DNA of 34,971 nucleotides from Promethearchaeota archaeon (GCA_016840165.1 JAEOSU010000085.1:1-34971), one strand, 5' to 3'. Shown: positions 1-9,961, counted from the first letter of the stretch. The notes: generated from the letters alone by a model not told the origin. Numbers and translations are program-made.

Positions 1-49
1 AATATAATGATCTCTAAATCATAAAATTTATTTTTTATCAAAAATATTA

Positions 50-77
50 ATTTTCAATACAAAACTCAATTGAAAAT
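50..77. promoter_or_regulatory. Inverted repeat upstream of the thermosome gene, possible operator
   Basis: ATTTTCAAT(50-58)-N10-ATTGAAAAT(69-77), ending 17 nt before the ATG. Confidence 0.35.
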
Positions 78-94
78 CATTAAGTGAATAAACA

Positions 95-1681
95 ATGTCA
101 GTCCCTATATTGATATTAAAAGAAGGAACGGAAGAAACAAAAGAAAAAGAAGCTCGAATGCAAAATATAAATGCAATCATGGCGATTACAGAAACTGTGA
201 GGTCAACATTAGGACCAAAAGGTATGAATAAAATGCTGGTTGACTCTTTAGGAGACATCACGATTACCAATGATGGTGCCGAAATTCTTAAAAATCTTGA
301 TATTGAGAATGTAGCGGCTAATATGATGGTTAATATCGCAAAAGCTATTGATGATGAAATTGGTGATGGTACCACCAGTGCCGTTATTTTTTCAGCTGCC
401 TTATTATCGAATGCTCTAGAATTAATTGAACAAGATATCCATCCTAAACCTATAACTCATGGATACAAACTAGCAAATGATAAAGCATTGGCAATTCTTA
501 AAGACATCGCAGAGCAGATTTCAGAAGAAGATGATGAGGTTCTAAAAAATATAGCAAAAACCGCTATGAATTCGAAAGATGTTGTAGGAATGAAAGATTT
601 TTTTGCTGATTTGGCATTAAAAGCGATTAAAAATATTTCTGATAAAGATGGAAAAACCTTTACCAAAGTTGGGAATGTTAAAATTGTCAAAGCTCCTGGT
701 AAGTCATTACACGATTCTGAATTAATTAATGGCGTCTATGTTCAAAAGGAGAAAGTTAGCAGTTCTATGCCTGATAAAATAAAAGACGCCAAAATAGCAG
801 TAATAAGGAAAAAACTAGATGTCGTAAAAACAGAATTCGATGCTCAGATTAGAATACAAAGTCCTGCAGATATTCAGAAATTTTTAGATCAAGAAGATAA
901 AATGCTCTTAGATAGTCTAAAAATTTTTAAAGACCTGGGAGTAAATATGGTGGTTAATAGCCAAGATATTTCGGACAAATTTGGAGCTTATTTAGCACGG
1001 GAAGGAATCGCAGCAATTAAAAATCTCGGTGACGAAGATATTAAATCAGTTATAAAAGCAGTTGGAGCCAATAGAGTAGATGACATAAAAAATCTTAGTC
1101 AACAAGATCTAGGACATGCTCAATTGGTTAAATTTGAAAAATTAGATAAAGATGAATATACTCAGTTTCTGGGCTGTAAGAATCCAAAATCAGTTACAAT
1201 TGTATTAAAGGGAGGTTTAGACAAGATACTTAGTACAGCAGAAATTACTCTACATGATGTTCTTTCGGTAATCTCCAAAGCTATGGATACCAAATCAGTT
1301 GTTGCTGGAGGAGGTGCAGTCTATCTTGAACTTGCAAAGAGATTAAAAGAATATTCGAATCAAATTAGCGGAAAAGAACAACTAGCGGTATCTGCTTTTG
1401 CTGTAGCTCTTGAGGAGATTCCTAAAACATTAATTAACAATGCGGGATTAGATGAAATTGAAAAGATAACCGAACTACGAGCAGCACATAAATCTGATGC
1501 GGATAAGTGGATTGGTATTGACACAATTAATACTTCCATAGGTAATAATTATACTAAAGGAATTGTGGAACCCGCAGCATTAATCAATCACGTAATTAAA
1601 TCAGGAACAGAACTAGCCAACCTTATTTTGAGAGTCGACAGAATAATAAGTGCAAAATCATCTAAACCGGGAATAGATTAA
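95..1681 (+). CDS. ths: Group II chaperonin (thermosome/CCT-like) subunit
   Basis: 528 aa; STLGPKGMNKM, ITNDGAEIL, GDGTTS ATP-binding motif, LHD catalytic Asp, VVAGGG, GIVEP. Confidence 0.96.
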   Translation: MSVPILILKEGTEETKEKEARMQNINAIMAITETVRSTLGPKGMNKMLVDSLGDITITNDGAEILKNLDIENVAANMMVNIAKAIDDEIGDGTTSAVIFSAALLSNALELIEQDIHPKPITHGYKLANDKALAILKDIAEQISEEDDEVLKNIAKTAMNSKDVVGMKDFFADLALKAIKNISDKDGKTFTKVGNVKIVKAPGKSLHDSELINGVYVQKEKVSSSMPDKIKDAKIAVIRKKLDVVKTEFDAQIRIQSPADIQKFLDQEDKMLLDSLKIFKDLGVNMVVNSQDISDKFGAYLAREGIAAIKNLGDEDIKSVIKAVGANRVDDIKNLSQQDLGHAQLVKFEKLDKDEYTQFLGCKNPKSVTIVLKGGLDKILSTAEITLHDVLSVISKAMDTKSVVAGGGAVYLELAKRLKEYSNQISGKEQLAVSAFAVALEEIPKTLINNAGLDEIEKITELRAAHKSDADKWIGIDTINTSIGNNYTKGIVEPAALINHVIKSGTELANLILRVDRIISAKSSKPGID

Positions 1682-1740
1682 TTATTTCTTTTTTATTTTT
1701 CTCTTTTTATACTTTTTTTGATTTTTAGGCTTTATTTTAA
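1682..1740 (+). terminator. Oligo-T archaeal terminator region
   Basis: Several T5-T6 runs directly after the thermosome stop codon. Confidence 0.5.
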
Positions 1741-1873
1741 AAAGAATTTGGCTGAATTAAATCAAAATGGTAAAATGGGTAAGGCGTACCACATAAGTGT
1801 AAAAACCTTTTTAATTATCCTTCTTTGTTTCTCATATCTTATTGAAGAAATTGCTTAGAATTATTGAATTACC

Positions 1874-3781
1874 ATGGGTATACCAAATAAGTTTAAAATT
1901 TATCTGCAAAAAGGCTTAATAACTAAATTAGATCTTGAAAAGCTTATCGAATTGGACAATAATTATGTAATGACTATTATTAGCAATTTTATTGACTTAT
2001 GCAAGCCTAATAAAATAACAGTTATTTCAGATTCAAAAGAAGATATTGACTATGTAAGGCAAAAAACAATTCAGGTTGGAGAGGAATCTAAACTAAATTT
2101 AGAAGGTCACACAATACATTATGATGGATTTGAAACGATGTCAGATCATGATCAGGCTAGAGATAAAGAACACACTCAGGTACTCTTACCTATCGAAGAC
2201 AAAAATACTTATCCATGGATTAATACAATGAATAGAAAAGAGGGATTAGATGAAATCCTAGAAATTATGGATGGCTGTATGAAGGGACATGAATGTTTAG
2301 TAAGATTTTTTTGTTTAGGCCCTAAACGTTCCAAGTTTTCAATACTCGCTCTCCAATTAACAGATTCTTTTTATGTTGCTCATTCTGAAGATCTACTCTA
2401 CCGAGAAGGTTATGAAGAATTTAAAACCTTGAATGGATCTAACAATTTTTTCTACTTCATCCATTCTACAGGACCACTTAAAGATAATATTCCCGTGACT
2501 AAGGATTTGACAAAACGACGGATTTATATTGATTTAGAAGAGGGAAGAGTTCTGTCATGTTATAATACCTATGCGGGAAATTCACTAGGTTTAAAAAAAT
2601 TAGCATTAAGATTGGGAATTTTTAAAGCGAATAATGAGGATTGGCTAACAGAACACTATTTTATTATGGGACTTCATCCAAAAGAGAAAAATAGAACTAC
2701 CTATGCTGCAGGTGCATTTCCAAGTGCATGTGGAAAAACCTCCACTGCTATGCTTCCTGGACAAACTATTGTTGGAGATGATATTGCATATCTTAGGATA
2801 TGGGATGACAAATTTTGTCATGGTGTTAACATTGAGCGTGGGATTTTTGGCATTATAAAGGATGTTAATATAAAGGATGATCCGGAGATTTTTAAAGCCC
2901 TCACATCTCCAAGAGAGGTGATTTTCTCAAATGTCCTAGTCAATGATGAAGTTCCATATTGGCTAGGTGATGGGAGAGAGCATCCAGATGATGGTTTTAA
3001 CTTTTCTGGTAAATGGCATGAGGGTATAAGAGATAAGAATGGAATTGAAATTCCTTTAGCACATCCAAATGCTCGTTATACTATGAAAATTAATGAATTA
3101 TCCAATGCAGATAAGATGTTAAATGATCCAAATGGAGTTGCGATTAACATTATTTTCTATGGGGGAAGAGACTCAGATACTATGCCTCCTATTTTAGAGA
3201 GTATTGATTGGAAAGAAGGAGTCTTTTCTGGCGCCTCAATCGAATCAGAAACGACCTCAGCCACAATCGGCAAAGAGGGTGTGAGAAAAATGCAACCAAT
3301 GGCTAATTTAGATTTTTTAGTCGTTCCATTAGGAACATATTTAAAGAATCATGAAAAATTTGGAGCATCATTGATATCTCCTCCGAAAGTATTTGCTACT
3401 AACTATTTTCTTAAGAATAAAGAAGGAAAATATCATAATGGAATTCTTGATAAACTAGTTTGGGTAATGTGGGCAGAATTACGTGTTCATGACGACGTTG
3501 ATGCTATTAAAACACCTATTGGTTATATTCCAATATACTCAGATCTTAAAGAACTTTTTAAAATATACCTTAATAAACACTACTCTGAAGCTGATTATTT
3601 AGAACAATTTTCAATACGGACTGAAAATTTAGTCCAGAAACTAAATCGAGTGGAAAATATGTATAAGGAAGAGAGATGGATCCCTCCGTTTTTCTGGGAT
3701 ATTTTAAACAAGCAAAGAAATGAACTTTTAACCTTACAAAAGCATCACAATAAGATTAACATTTTACCAACTGATTTTTAA
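1874..3781 (+). CDS. pckG: GTP-dependent phosphoenolpyruvate carboxykinase
   Basis: 635 aa; QLTDS.YV, YAGNSLGLKK, WLTEH, GAFPSACGKT kinase-1a motif, VGDDIA, HPNARY, FYGGRD. Confidence 0.96.
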   Translation: MGIPNKFKIYLQKGLITKLDLEKLIELDNNYVMTIISNFIDLCKPNKITVISDSKEDIDYVRQKTIQVGEESKLNLEGHTIHYDGFETMSDHDQARDKEHTQVLLPIEDKNTYPWINTMNRKEGLDEILEIMDGCMKGHECLVRFFCLGPKRSKFSILALQLTDSFYVAHSEDLLYREGYEEFKTLNGSNNFFYFIHSTGPLKDNIPVTKDLTKRRIYIDLEEGRVLSCYNTYAGNSLGLKKLALRLGIFKANNEDWLTEHYFIMGLHPKEKNRTTYAAGAFPSACGKTSTAMLPGQTIVGDDIAYLRIWDDKFCHGVNIERGIFGIIKDVNIKDDPEIFKALTSPREVIFSNVLVNDEVPYWLGDGREHPDDGFNFSGKWHEGIRDKNGIEIPLAHPNARYTMKINELSNADKMLNDPNGVAINIIFYGGRDSDTMPPILESIDWKEGVFSGASIESETTSATIGKEGVRKMQPMANLDFLVVPLGTYLKNHEKFGASLISPPKVFATNYFLKNKEGKYHNGILDKLVWVMWAELRVHDDVDAIKTPIGYIPIYSDLKELFKIYLNKHYSEADYLEQFSIRTENLVQKLNRVENMYKEERWIPPFFWDILNKQRNELLTLQKHHNKINILPTDF

Positions 3782-3792
3782 TAACGAAGCTC

Positions 3793-4473
3793 CTATATTA
3801 ATAGTTTCATTCCTTCTTTTACTTTATAACTTTTTTTGAGGCGATCTATTTCAATAAATCTTTTAATTTCAAGATTATTGAGAAAATCTCTCATTTCAAT
3901 TGGATCTTTATTGAGCTTTTCCGATAACCCCTCGATATCATCTTCATAAGCCTTTAATACCTCAATCAAGGAAGAATAATTATCATAAATTTGATTAACA
4001 ATATACTTTAATGCCTCTTCTAAATTATCCCCTGTTCTCGTGCTACATGGGAAAATAACCGAATCTTCTGCGAGATAATTTTGAGATCGAACCACTTCTG
4101 GGTGTCGAGCACCACCAATATCCTGTTTATTTGCTAAATATACGATAGGTGTTTCAGGTGGAACCGCCTTTCTTAATGCATTCAGTATGATAATTGCATC
4201 TTCATCTTTTTCTGGGTTCGCAGCATCAAAGATAAACACAATCCCATCGGTCCCTCTTACTACTACATCACGCATGACATTAAATCTAAGAAGCCCTGGG
4301 GTTCCAAAAAGAAAAATATCAAATCCATTGAGTTTGACACTACCCAAATCCATCCCAACAGTATAGTATCGATTGTCTCGAGCCTTGGCTTCGACATTTA
4401 AAGCTTTATCATCAAAATATTTTATAAAACTTGATTTCCCACACTGCAATGGACCAGATACTACAATCTTCAT
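3793..4473 (-). CDS. Small GTPase (MglA/CvnD/Arf-like) with C-terminal winged-helix-like extension
   Basis: G1 GPLQCGKS, G2 TVGMDLG, G3 GTPGL, G4 NKQD, G5 CST; about 60-aa C-terminal helix-helix-hairpin pattern. Confidence 0.9.
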   Translation of the reverse strand: MKIVVSGPLQCGKSSFIKYFDDKALNVEAKARDNRYYTVGMDLGSVKLNGFDIFLFGTPGLLRFNVMRDVVVRGTDGIVFIFDAANPEKDEDAIIILNALRKAVPPETPIVYLANKQDIGGARHPEVVRSQNYLAEDSVIFPCSTRTGDNLEEALKYIVNQIYDNYSSLIEVLKAYEDDIEGLSEKLNKDPIEMRDFLNNLEIKRFIEIDRLKKSYKVKEGMKLLI

Positions 4474-4822
4474 ATTTCGTCGTGAAAGTAATTACTTAAG
4501 GCGATTATTATGTTTTTATTAACTTTAGCGGTTTTTATAATGCTTTAATATTTAGATAATATTATTCTAAAATAATAATAATAGTCAAGATTTTTAAATT
4601 TCATAATTCATCTCTCTTTTCGTGTTATAAAAAAGATTTTTTTGTGAGATCATACTTTATCATTTTTTTGTCATGAAAAAATTAAGAGAAGAGCCTCTTA
4701 ATGAACAAATATGACTTTTTCAATCAAAAAAATTATAAATATCGATAAGAAACAATAGTATCTTTATTGAATTATGATAATAATCTTTGAATATTCGATA
4801 TTAAATGACTGAAAAAAGACTT

Positions 4823-4855
4823 TTGCGATAATCTTTATATAGTACCTTATCACAA
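4823..4855 (+). promoter_or_regulatory. Putative hdr-met operon promoter: TATA box flanked by an inverted repeat
   Basis: TTGCGATAA(4823-4831)-TCTTTATATAGTACC-TTATCACAA(4847-4855). Confidence 0.45.
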
Positions 4856-4979
4856 TTAGGTAATAATAAGTTTTTAAGTTTTTTAAATTAACAATTATTT
4901 TCAAAAAGGACTATATATTTTAAAAAAACAACGAAATATATTAAAAAAACCAAATGAAATAATTAAAAACGGATTAAAA

Positions 4980-7900
4980 ATGGCAAATAGTAATATAATG
5001 GTAATTGGTGGGGGAATTTCAGGTATAGAAGCATCGTTAACGTTAGCAGAGCAAGGATATCATGTGATACTCGTGGAAAAAACCTCATCGGTAGGAGGGA
5101 GAATGGCGCAACTTGATAAGACATTTCCAACATTAGATTGTAGCATTTGCATTTTAGCGCCAAAAATGGTTGAATCCTCAAGGCATCCGAATATTGAACT
5201 TCTTGCTTACTCTGAAGTGGAAAGTGTGGATGGTTCTGCTGGAGATTTCAATGTCAAGGTGAAAAAGAAAGCTAAATACGTAAATTGGGACGCTTGTACG
5301 GGATGTGGGTCATGTTCAGAGAAATGCCCCATGAAAAAAATACCCTCTGAATTTGAAGAGGGAATGGGAAATAGGACTGCGATCTATATTCCGTTTCCAC
5401 AAGCTGTACCACGAAAAGCAGTAATTGACCCTGAAAAATGCCTTTACTTGACCAAAGGTGCCTGTCAATTATGTGAAAAAGAATGTGAGGCAGAAGCGAT
5501 TAATTGGGATGATAAAGATGAAATTGTTGAATACAATGTAGCTTCTATAATTGTAGCTACTGGATTCGATCAATTAGATCCTTCTGTTCTAGACAGATAT
5601 CACTACGGAGAATATCCAAATGTCATCACGGCAATGCAATACGAAAGACTATTGAGTGCTTCTGGTCCTACAGAAGGAGAGTTATTACGCCCTTCTGATA
5701 AAAAGCATGCTCACAATATTGCATTCGTAAGTTGCGTTGGTTCGAGAAATGAGGACTTATGTGCATATTGTTCGAAATTTTGCTGTATGTATCAAACTAA
5801 AGAGGGAGTAGTAACACGTGAACATGCACCGGATACTAATGTTACCATATTTTTTAATGACATTCGGGTTATCGGAAAGAATCAAGAAGAGTTTATTGAA
5901 CGGGCAAAAAATGAATATAATTTGATTTATTATCGTGGTATACCAGGAGATATAAGAGAAAACCCAGAAAATCATAATCTTTACGTCAAACATGCTAATT
6001 TGGATACAGGAGATGTGGAAACAAGTGAATTCGATTTAGTCGTACTTGCAAATGCTGTGATCCCTAGAAAGGATGCAGGAGCTCTCGCTAAAATCATAGG
6101 AATTGAACAAAATGAATTCGGTTTCTTCAAAACTGAAGCATCAACTGAAGATTTACAATCTACTCGTGAAGGTATATATGTAACTGGTTCATGTCAATCG
6201 CCTGATGATATAGCAAACTCTGTTGCAAAAGCAGGTGGAGCTGCAGGTCTAGCAGCCAACCATGCCGTACCATTAACTCCTGAAGAGATGGAGATCGAGC
6301 TACCTCCATTGAAGGAAATTAAAATTACCGACGAACCTAGAATAGGAGTATTTATATGTCGATGTGGAATCAACATTGCAGGCTATATGGAGATTCCTGA
6401 ATTAGTAGAATATGCTAAAACATTACCTAATGTTGTTTATTCGATGGAAAATAAATATAGCTGTTCCCAATTAACTCAAGATATTATAAAAGAAAAAATA
6501 GAAGAGTTAAACTTGAATAGAGTAGTCGTTGCAGCTTGTACTCCCCGAACTCATGAACCTTTATTTCAAAGAACAATTCGAGAAGCAGGATTAAATGAAT
6601 ATTTATTTAATTTTGTGAGTATTCGCGAGTTAGATTCTTGGGTTCACATGCATGATAAACCTAAAGCAACAGACAAGGCTAAGGATTTAATTAGAATGGG
6701 TGTTGCTCGTGTCGCTGCTCAAAAACCAGAGTTTAAAATTAAGGGCGATGTCGTACCTGAAGCTTTAGTGGTTGGCGGAGGTGTATCAGGAATAAGTGCT
6801 GCCATGGAGATAGCTAGTAAAGGATTTAAGGTACATGTCGTTGAAAAGGAAGCTAGACTTGGTGGACAACTCAACTTAATATATAAAATTAATTTTGACC
6901 GAATCGACTCAAAACAATATCTTGAAAACATGCTTAAGGAATATAATGAAATGAAGAACATTACAACATATTTAGATTCGGAAGTTGCCGATATTAAGGG
7001 ATCGATTGGAGACTTCGATGTTAAAGTGATAAATCATAAAGACCAAAAAACCATCCCTCTCAATGTAGGAGTAATCATTACTACTACTGGAGCATATGAA
7101 TACAAACCAGAAGGATGGTATCATTATGGTGAAAATGAGAATGTAATGACCCAACTTGAGTTATCCGACAAATTAAGAAATAATGAACTAAAAGATGGAG
7201 AAACCTTGGTCTTTATCCATTGCGTGGGTTCACGACAACCGGAAGGTGGAAATGGAGTCACTTATTGTTCATTAATTTGTTGTTCAGAATCTATCCGACA
7301 TGCCTTATACGTAAAGGAGAATTATCCGAAATCTAATATCTATGTCCTCTATAGAGATATTAGAGTAGGTACTGATGAAGAACCTTATTACTGGAAAGCA
7401 AGAGAAAACGTTAATTATATACGATTCAATGAATATCCTGAAGTAGAGGTAAAAAATAGTAAACTTATTGTGGATGTGAAAGATATATTAACTCAGGTTG
7501 ATCTTTCTATAGAAGCTGATAAAGTTGTTTTATCTACACCTCTCATTCCATACGATACAAAAAAATTAGGGGAACAAATAAAATGTGCACGAGATCAGAA
7601 TGGCTTCTTTTTAGAAGCACATGTAAAATTGAGACCAGTAGATTTTGCAACAGATGGGATATTTTTAGCTGGAACCTGTCATGGTCCTAAAGGGATAGCC
7701 GACTCAATCTCACAAGCACGAGCTGCTGCCGCACATGCGTTAATTCCATTAATCTCATGTGAAGTTGAAAATGAACCACTTGTTTCTGTTGTTGATCCCG
7801 CTTTATGTATTGCATGTCAAAAATGTGAAGAAGTGTGCAATTTTGGAGCAATTGGTGTTAATTTTGATAATGAAATACTAGTCTCTAAATCAAATCCACT

Positions 7901-8474
7901 TTTATGCAAAGGTTGTGGTGATTGTTCAGCAGCATGTCCAGCTGGGGCAATAACAATGAGTCATTTTGCAGATAATCAAATTTACCCAATGATTGAAGAA
8001 GCAGTTAAAGGGGAATTCATCGATGAGCGGCCACGTATTGTTGCTTTTTTATGTAACTGGTGTAGTTATGCTGGAGCCGATACTTGTGGAGTCAGTAGAT
8101 TTCAATATCCTACTAATATTCGACCAATTAGAGTCATGTGTACTGGAAGAATTCCGAAAAGCTTTATATTACAAGCATTTCTGGAAGGTGCCGATGGAGT
8201 TCTTATTGGAGGTTGTCATATAGGCGACTGTCACTACTTGGAAGGTAATTATGACATGCTTCGAAGATATAATGAAGTTCATGAGCTATTAGCAAAAGTA
8301 GGCATTAATCCTGATAGATTTCGATTAGAATGGGTTTCTGCGAGTGAAGGAAAAAGATTTTCCCAAGTTGTCACAGAATTCGTTGAAACTGTGAAAAAAT
8401 TAGGGCCAATGCCCAAAACTGGTGATAAAATCGAACCAAAAAAAGAAAAAGTTAAGGAGGTAGCAAAAGCATGA
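4980..8474 (+). CDS. hdrA: Large heterodisulfide reductase subunit A with two FAD modules and a C-terminal MvhD fusion
   Basis: 1164 aa; GGGISG, MAQLDKTFPTLDCSIC, inserted ferredoxin, CVGSR..CSKFCC; internal RIGVFICRCG..ACTPRTHE; second GGGVSG module; 2x[4Fe-4S] ferredoxin; MvhD motifs AFLCNWCSYAGAD, RVMCTGR, GCHIGDCHY. Confidence 0.95.
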   Translation: MANSNIMVIGGGISGIEASLTLAEQGYHVILVEKTSSVGGRMAQLDKTFPTLDCSICILAPKMVESSRHPNIELLAYSEVESVDGSAGDFNVKVKKKAKYVNWDACTGCGSCSEKCPMKKIPSEFEEGMGNRTAIYIPFPQAVPRKAVIDPEKCLYLTKGACQLCEKECEAEAINWDDKDEIVEYNVASIIVATGFDQLDPSVLDRYHYGEYPNVITAMQYERLLSASGPTEGELLRPSDKKHAHNIAFVSCVGSRNEDLCAYCSKFCCMYQTKEGVVTREHAPDTNVTIFFNDIRVIGKNQEEFIERAKNEYNLIYYRGIPGDIRENPENHNLYVKHANLDTGDVETSEFDLVVLANAVIPRKDAGALAKIIGIEQNEFGFFKTEASTEDLQSTREGIYVTGSCQSPDDIANSVAKAGGAAGLAANHAVPLTPEEMEIELPPLKEIKITDEPRIGVFICRCGINIAGYMEIPELVEYAKTLPNVVYSMENKYSCSQLTQDIIKEKIEELNLNRVVVAACTPRTHEPLFQRTIREAGLNEYLFNFVSIRELDSWVHMHDKPKATDKAKDLIRMGVARVAAQKPEFKIKGDVVPEALVVGGGVSGISAAMEIASKGFKVHVVEKEARLGGQLNLIYKINFDRIDSKQYLENMLKEYNEMKNITTYLDSEVADIKGSIGDFDVKVINHKDQKTIPLNVGVIITTTGAYEYKPEGWYHYGENENVMTQLELSDKLRNNELKDGETLVFIHCVGSRQPEGGNGVTYCSLICCSESIRHALYVKENYPKSNIYVLYRDIRVGTDEEPYYWKARENVNYIRFNEYPEVEVKNSKLIVDVKDILTQVDLSIEADKVVLSTPLIPYDTKKLGEQIKCARDQNGFFLEAHVKLRPVDFATDGIFLAGTCHGPKGIADSISQARAAAAHALIPLISCEVENEPLVSVVDPALCIACQKCEEVCNFGAIGVNFDNEILVSKSNPLLCKGCGDCSAACPAGAITMSHFADNQIYPMIEEAVKGEFIDERPRIVAFLCNWCSYAGADTCGVSRFQYPTNIRPIRVMCTGRIPKSFILQAFLEGADGVLIGGCHIGDCHYLEGNYDMLRRYNEVHELLAKVGINPDRFRLEWVSASEGKRFSQVVTEFVETVKKLGPMPKTGDKIEPKKEKVKEVAKA

Positions 8475-9004
8475 CCCAAATGTTAAAAAAGAAAGCAAGT
8501 GAGTTGGATCACGATTTTCGCTATGAAATTAGCGAAAAAGTAGGAGCAAAATCACTCCTAAAATGTATTCAATGTGGAGTATGCAGCTCAGGATGCACAG
8601 TGACCGAATATGTGGATTTACAGCCTCATCGGGTGGTCGCTTCGTGTCTATTAGGTTTAAAAGAAGAAGTACTCACTAGTAACGCAATTTGGACCTGTTC
8701 TCTCTGTCATCGCTGCACTGAACGATGCCCTAAGAATGTTGATTATTCATTTATATTGGCTCTACTTCGAAATATGGCGGTAAAGGAAGGAAAGATTCCA
8801 AAAGAATATTCCACAACTGTAGTGACATTATATCATAATGGTTTTGTTGTACCTTATACTGGTGGGCTGAAAGACAATATTGACAGAAGGAGAAATCGGA
8901 TGGGACTTCCCCAAATAGTTCCACCAAAATTGGAAGAGATACAATTTATAATTGAAGAAACGGGACTTGGAGGTCTCGCGAAAGAAGAGGAGGATGAAAA
9001 ATAA
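8471..9004 (+). CDS. hdrC: Heterodisulfide reductase subunit C
   Basis: CIQCGVCSSGC and IWTCSLCHRCTERCP; ATGA overlap with the hdrA stop. Confidence 0.93.
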   Translation: MTQMLKKKASELDHDFRYEISEKVGAKSLLKCIQCGVCSSGCTVTEYVDLQPHRVVASCLLGLKEEVLTSNAIWTCSLCHRCTERCPKNVDYSFILALLRNMAVKEGKIPKEYSTTVVTLYHNGFVVPYTGGLKDNIDRRRNRMGLPQIVPPKLEEIQFIIEETGLGGLAKEEEDEK

Positions 9005-9885
9005 TGGAATATGCATTATTCTTAGGTTGTACTATACCAATGAAACTTCCTTTCCTAGAAAAAGCATTTAGAGATGTAGCAAATATTTTAGATGTAAAAT
9101 TAAAAGAAATGGAAGGGGTTGGATGTTGTCCCGAACCTGTCGCTATGCAATCACTTAATATTGACACATGGGTCGCTCTGGGTGCGAGAAATTTAGCAAT
9201 TGCTGAACAAATGGGTTTAGATATTATGACCATCTGTTCTGGATGCTATGAAACATTAAAAACTGTAAGTGTTCTCTTAGAGGAGGATGAGGAATATCTC
9301 AAAAAAATTAATGGTATTCTTTCAAAAATTAATTATAAATATACTGGTAAAACGAAAGTATACCATTTTGTGGAGTTATTTAGCCAACCTAAGTGGTTAG
9401 ACAAAATTAAGAAACTCGTTGTTAGACCTTTAGATGATCTAAATCTTGCGGTTCATTATGGCTGCCATCTTATTCGACCCAGTAAAATTATGCAATTTGA
9501 TCACCCCGAAAAACCAGAAAAAATCGATATCATATTAGAAGCATTAAGTGCGAAAACTGTTGAATATGCAACAAAATTAGAATGTTGTGGCTATTGCGCT
9601 CGATTGCAAGAGGAAATTGGAGAAAATCTTGTCGAAGAAAAAATGACAGAACTATGTGAACTTGAAGAGGGAGTGGATGCATTAATCGCTGTATGCCCGG
9701 CATGTACCACGCAATATGATAGAAAAGAAAGAATTGTTGCAAGAAAGACGGGTAAAGAACTCGATATTCCTGTATTATACTTAGCAGAAATTATGGCGAT
9801 AGCTCTAGGCGTCGAATTGGAAGACCTAAGTCTCAAAAATAGAAGTGTTAAACCAAATAAGTTAATTGACAAATTAACCACCTAA
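9004..9885 (+). CDS. hdrB: Heterodisulfide reductase subunit B
   Basis: Two CCG domains: FLGC..GCCP..CSGC and HYGCH..ECCG..CPAC; TAATG overlap with hdrC. Confidence 0.94.
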   Translation: MEYALFLGCTIPMKLPFLEKAFRDVANILDVKLKEMEGVGCCPEPVAMQSLNIDTWVALGARNLAIAEQMGLDIMTICSGCYETLKTVSVLLEEDEEYLKKINGILSKINYKYTGKTKVYHFVELFSQPKWLDKIKKLVVRPLDDLNLAVHYGCHLIRPSKIMQFDHPEKPEKIDIILEALSAKTVEYATKLECCGYCARLQEEIGENLVEEKMTELCELEEGVDALIAVCPACTTQYDRKERIVARKTGKELDIPVLYLAEIMAIALGVELEDLSLKNRSVKPNKLIDKLTT

Positions 9886-9961
9886 TTAGTGTATTTTTTT
9901 ACAAACACAATTGAGTAAAATAAAAAATATAAAAAAATATGAAAATAAGAAGTAATCGAAA

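Noticed and set aside
4486-4497. 12-bp palindrome AAGTAATTACTT upstream of the GTPase
   Set aside because: Single AT-rich palindrome with no second copy seen; may be chance
4980-8474. Selenocysteine in HdrA/MvhD (selenoproteins in some archaea, including Lokiarchaeia)
   Set aside because: The ORF is uninterrupted, and the relevant motifs (DCSIC, CNWC, GCHIGDC) use Cys codons
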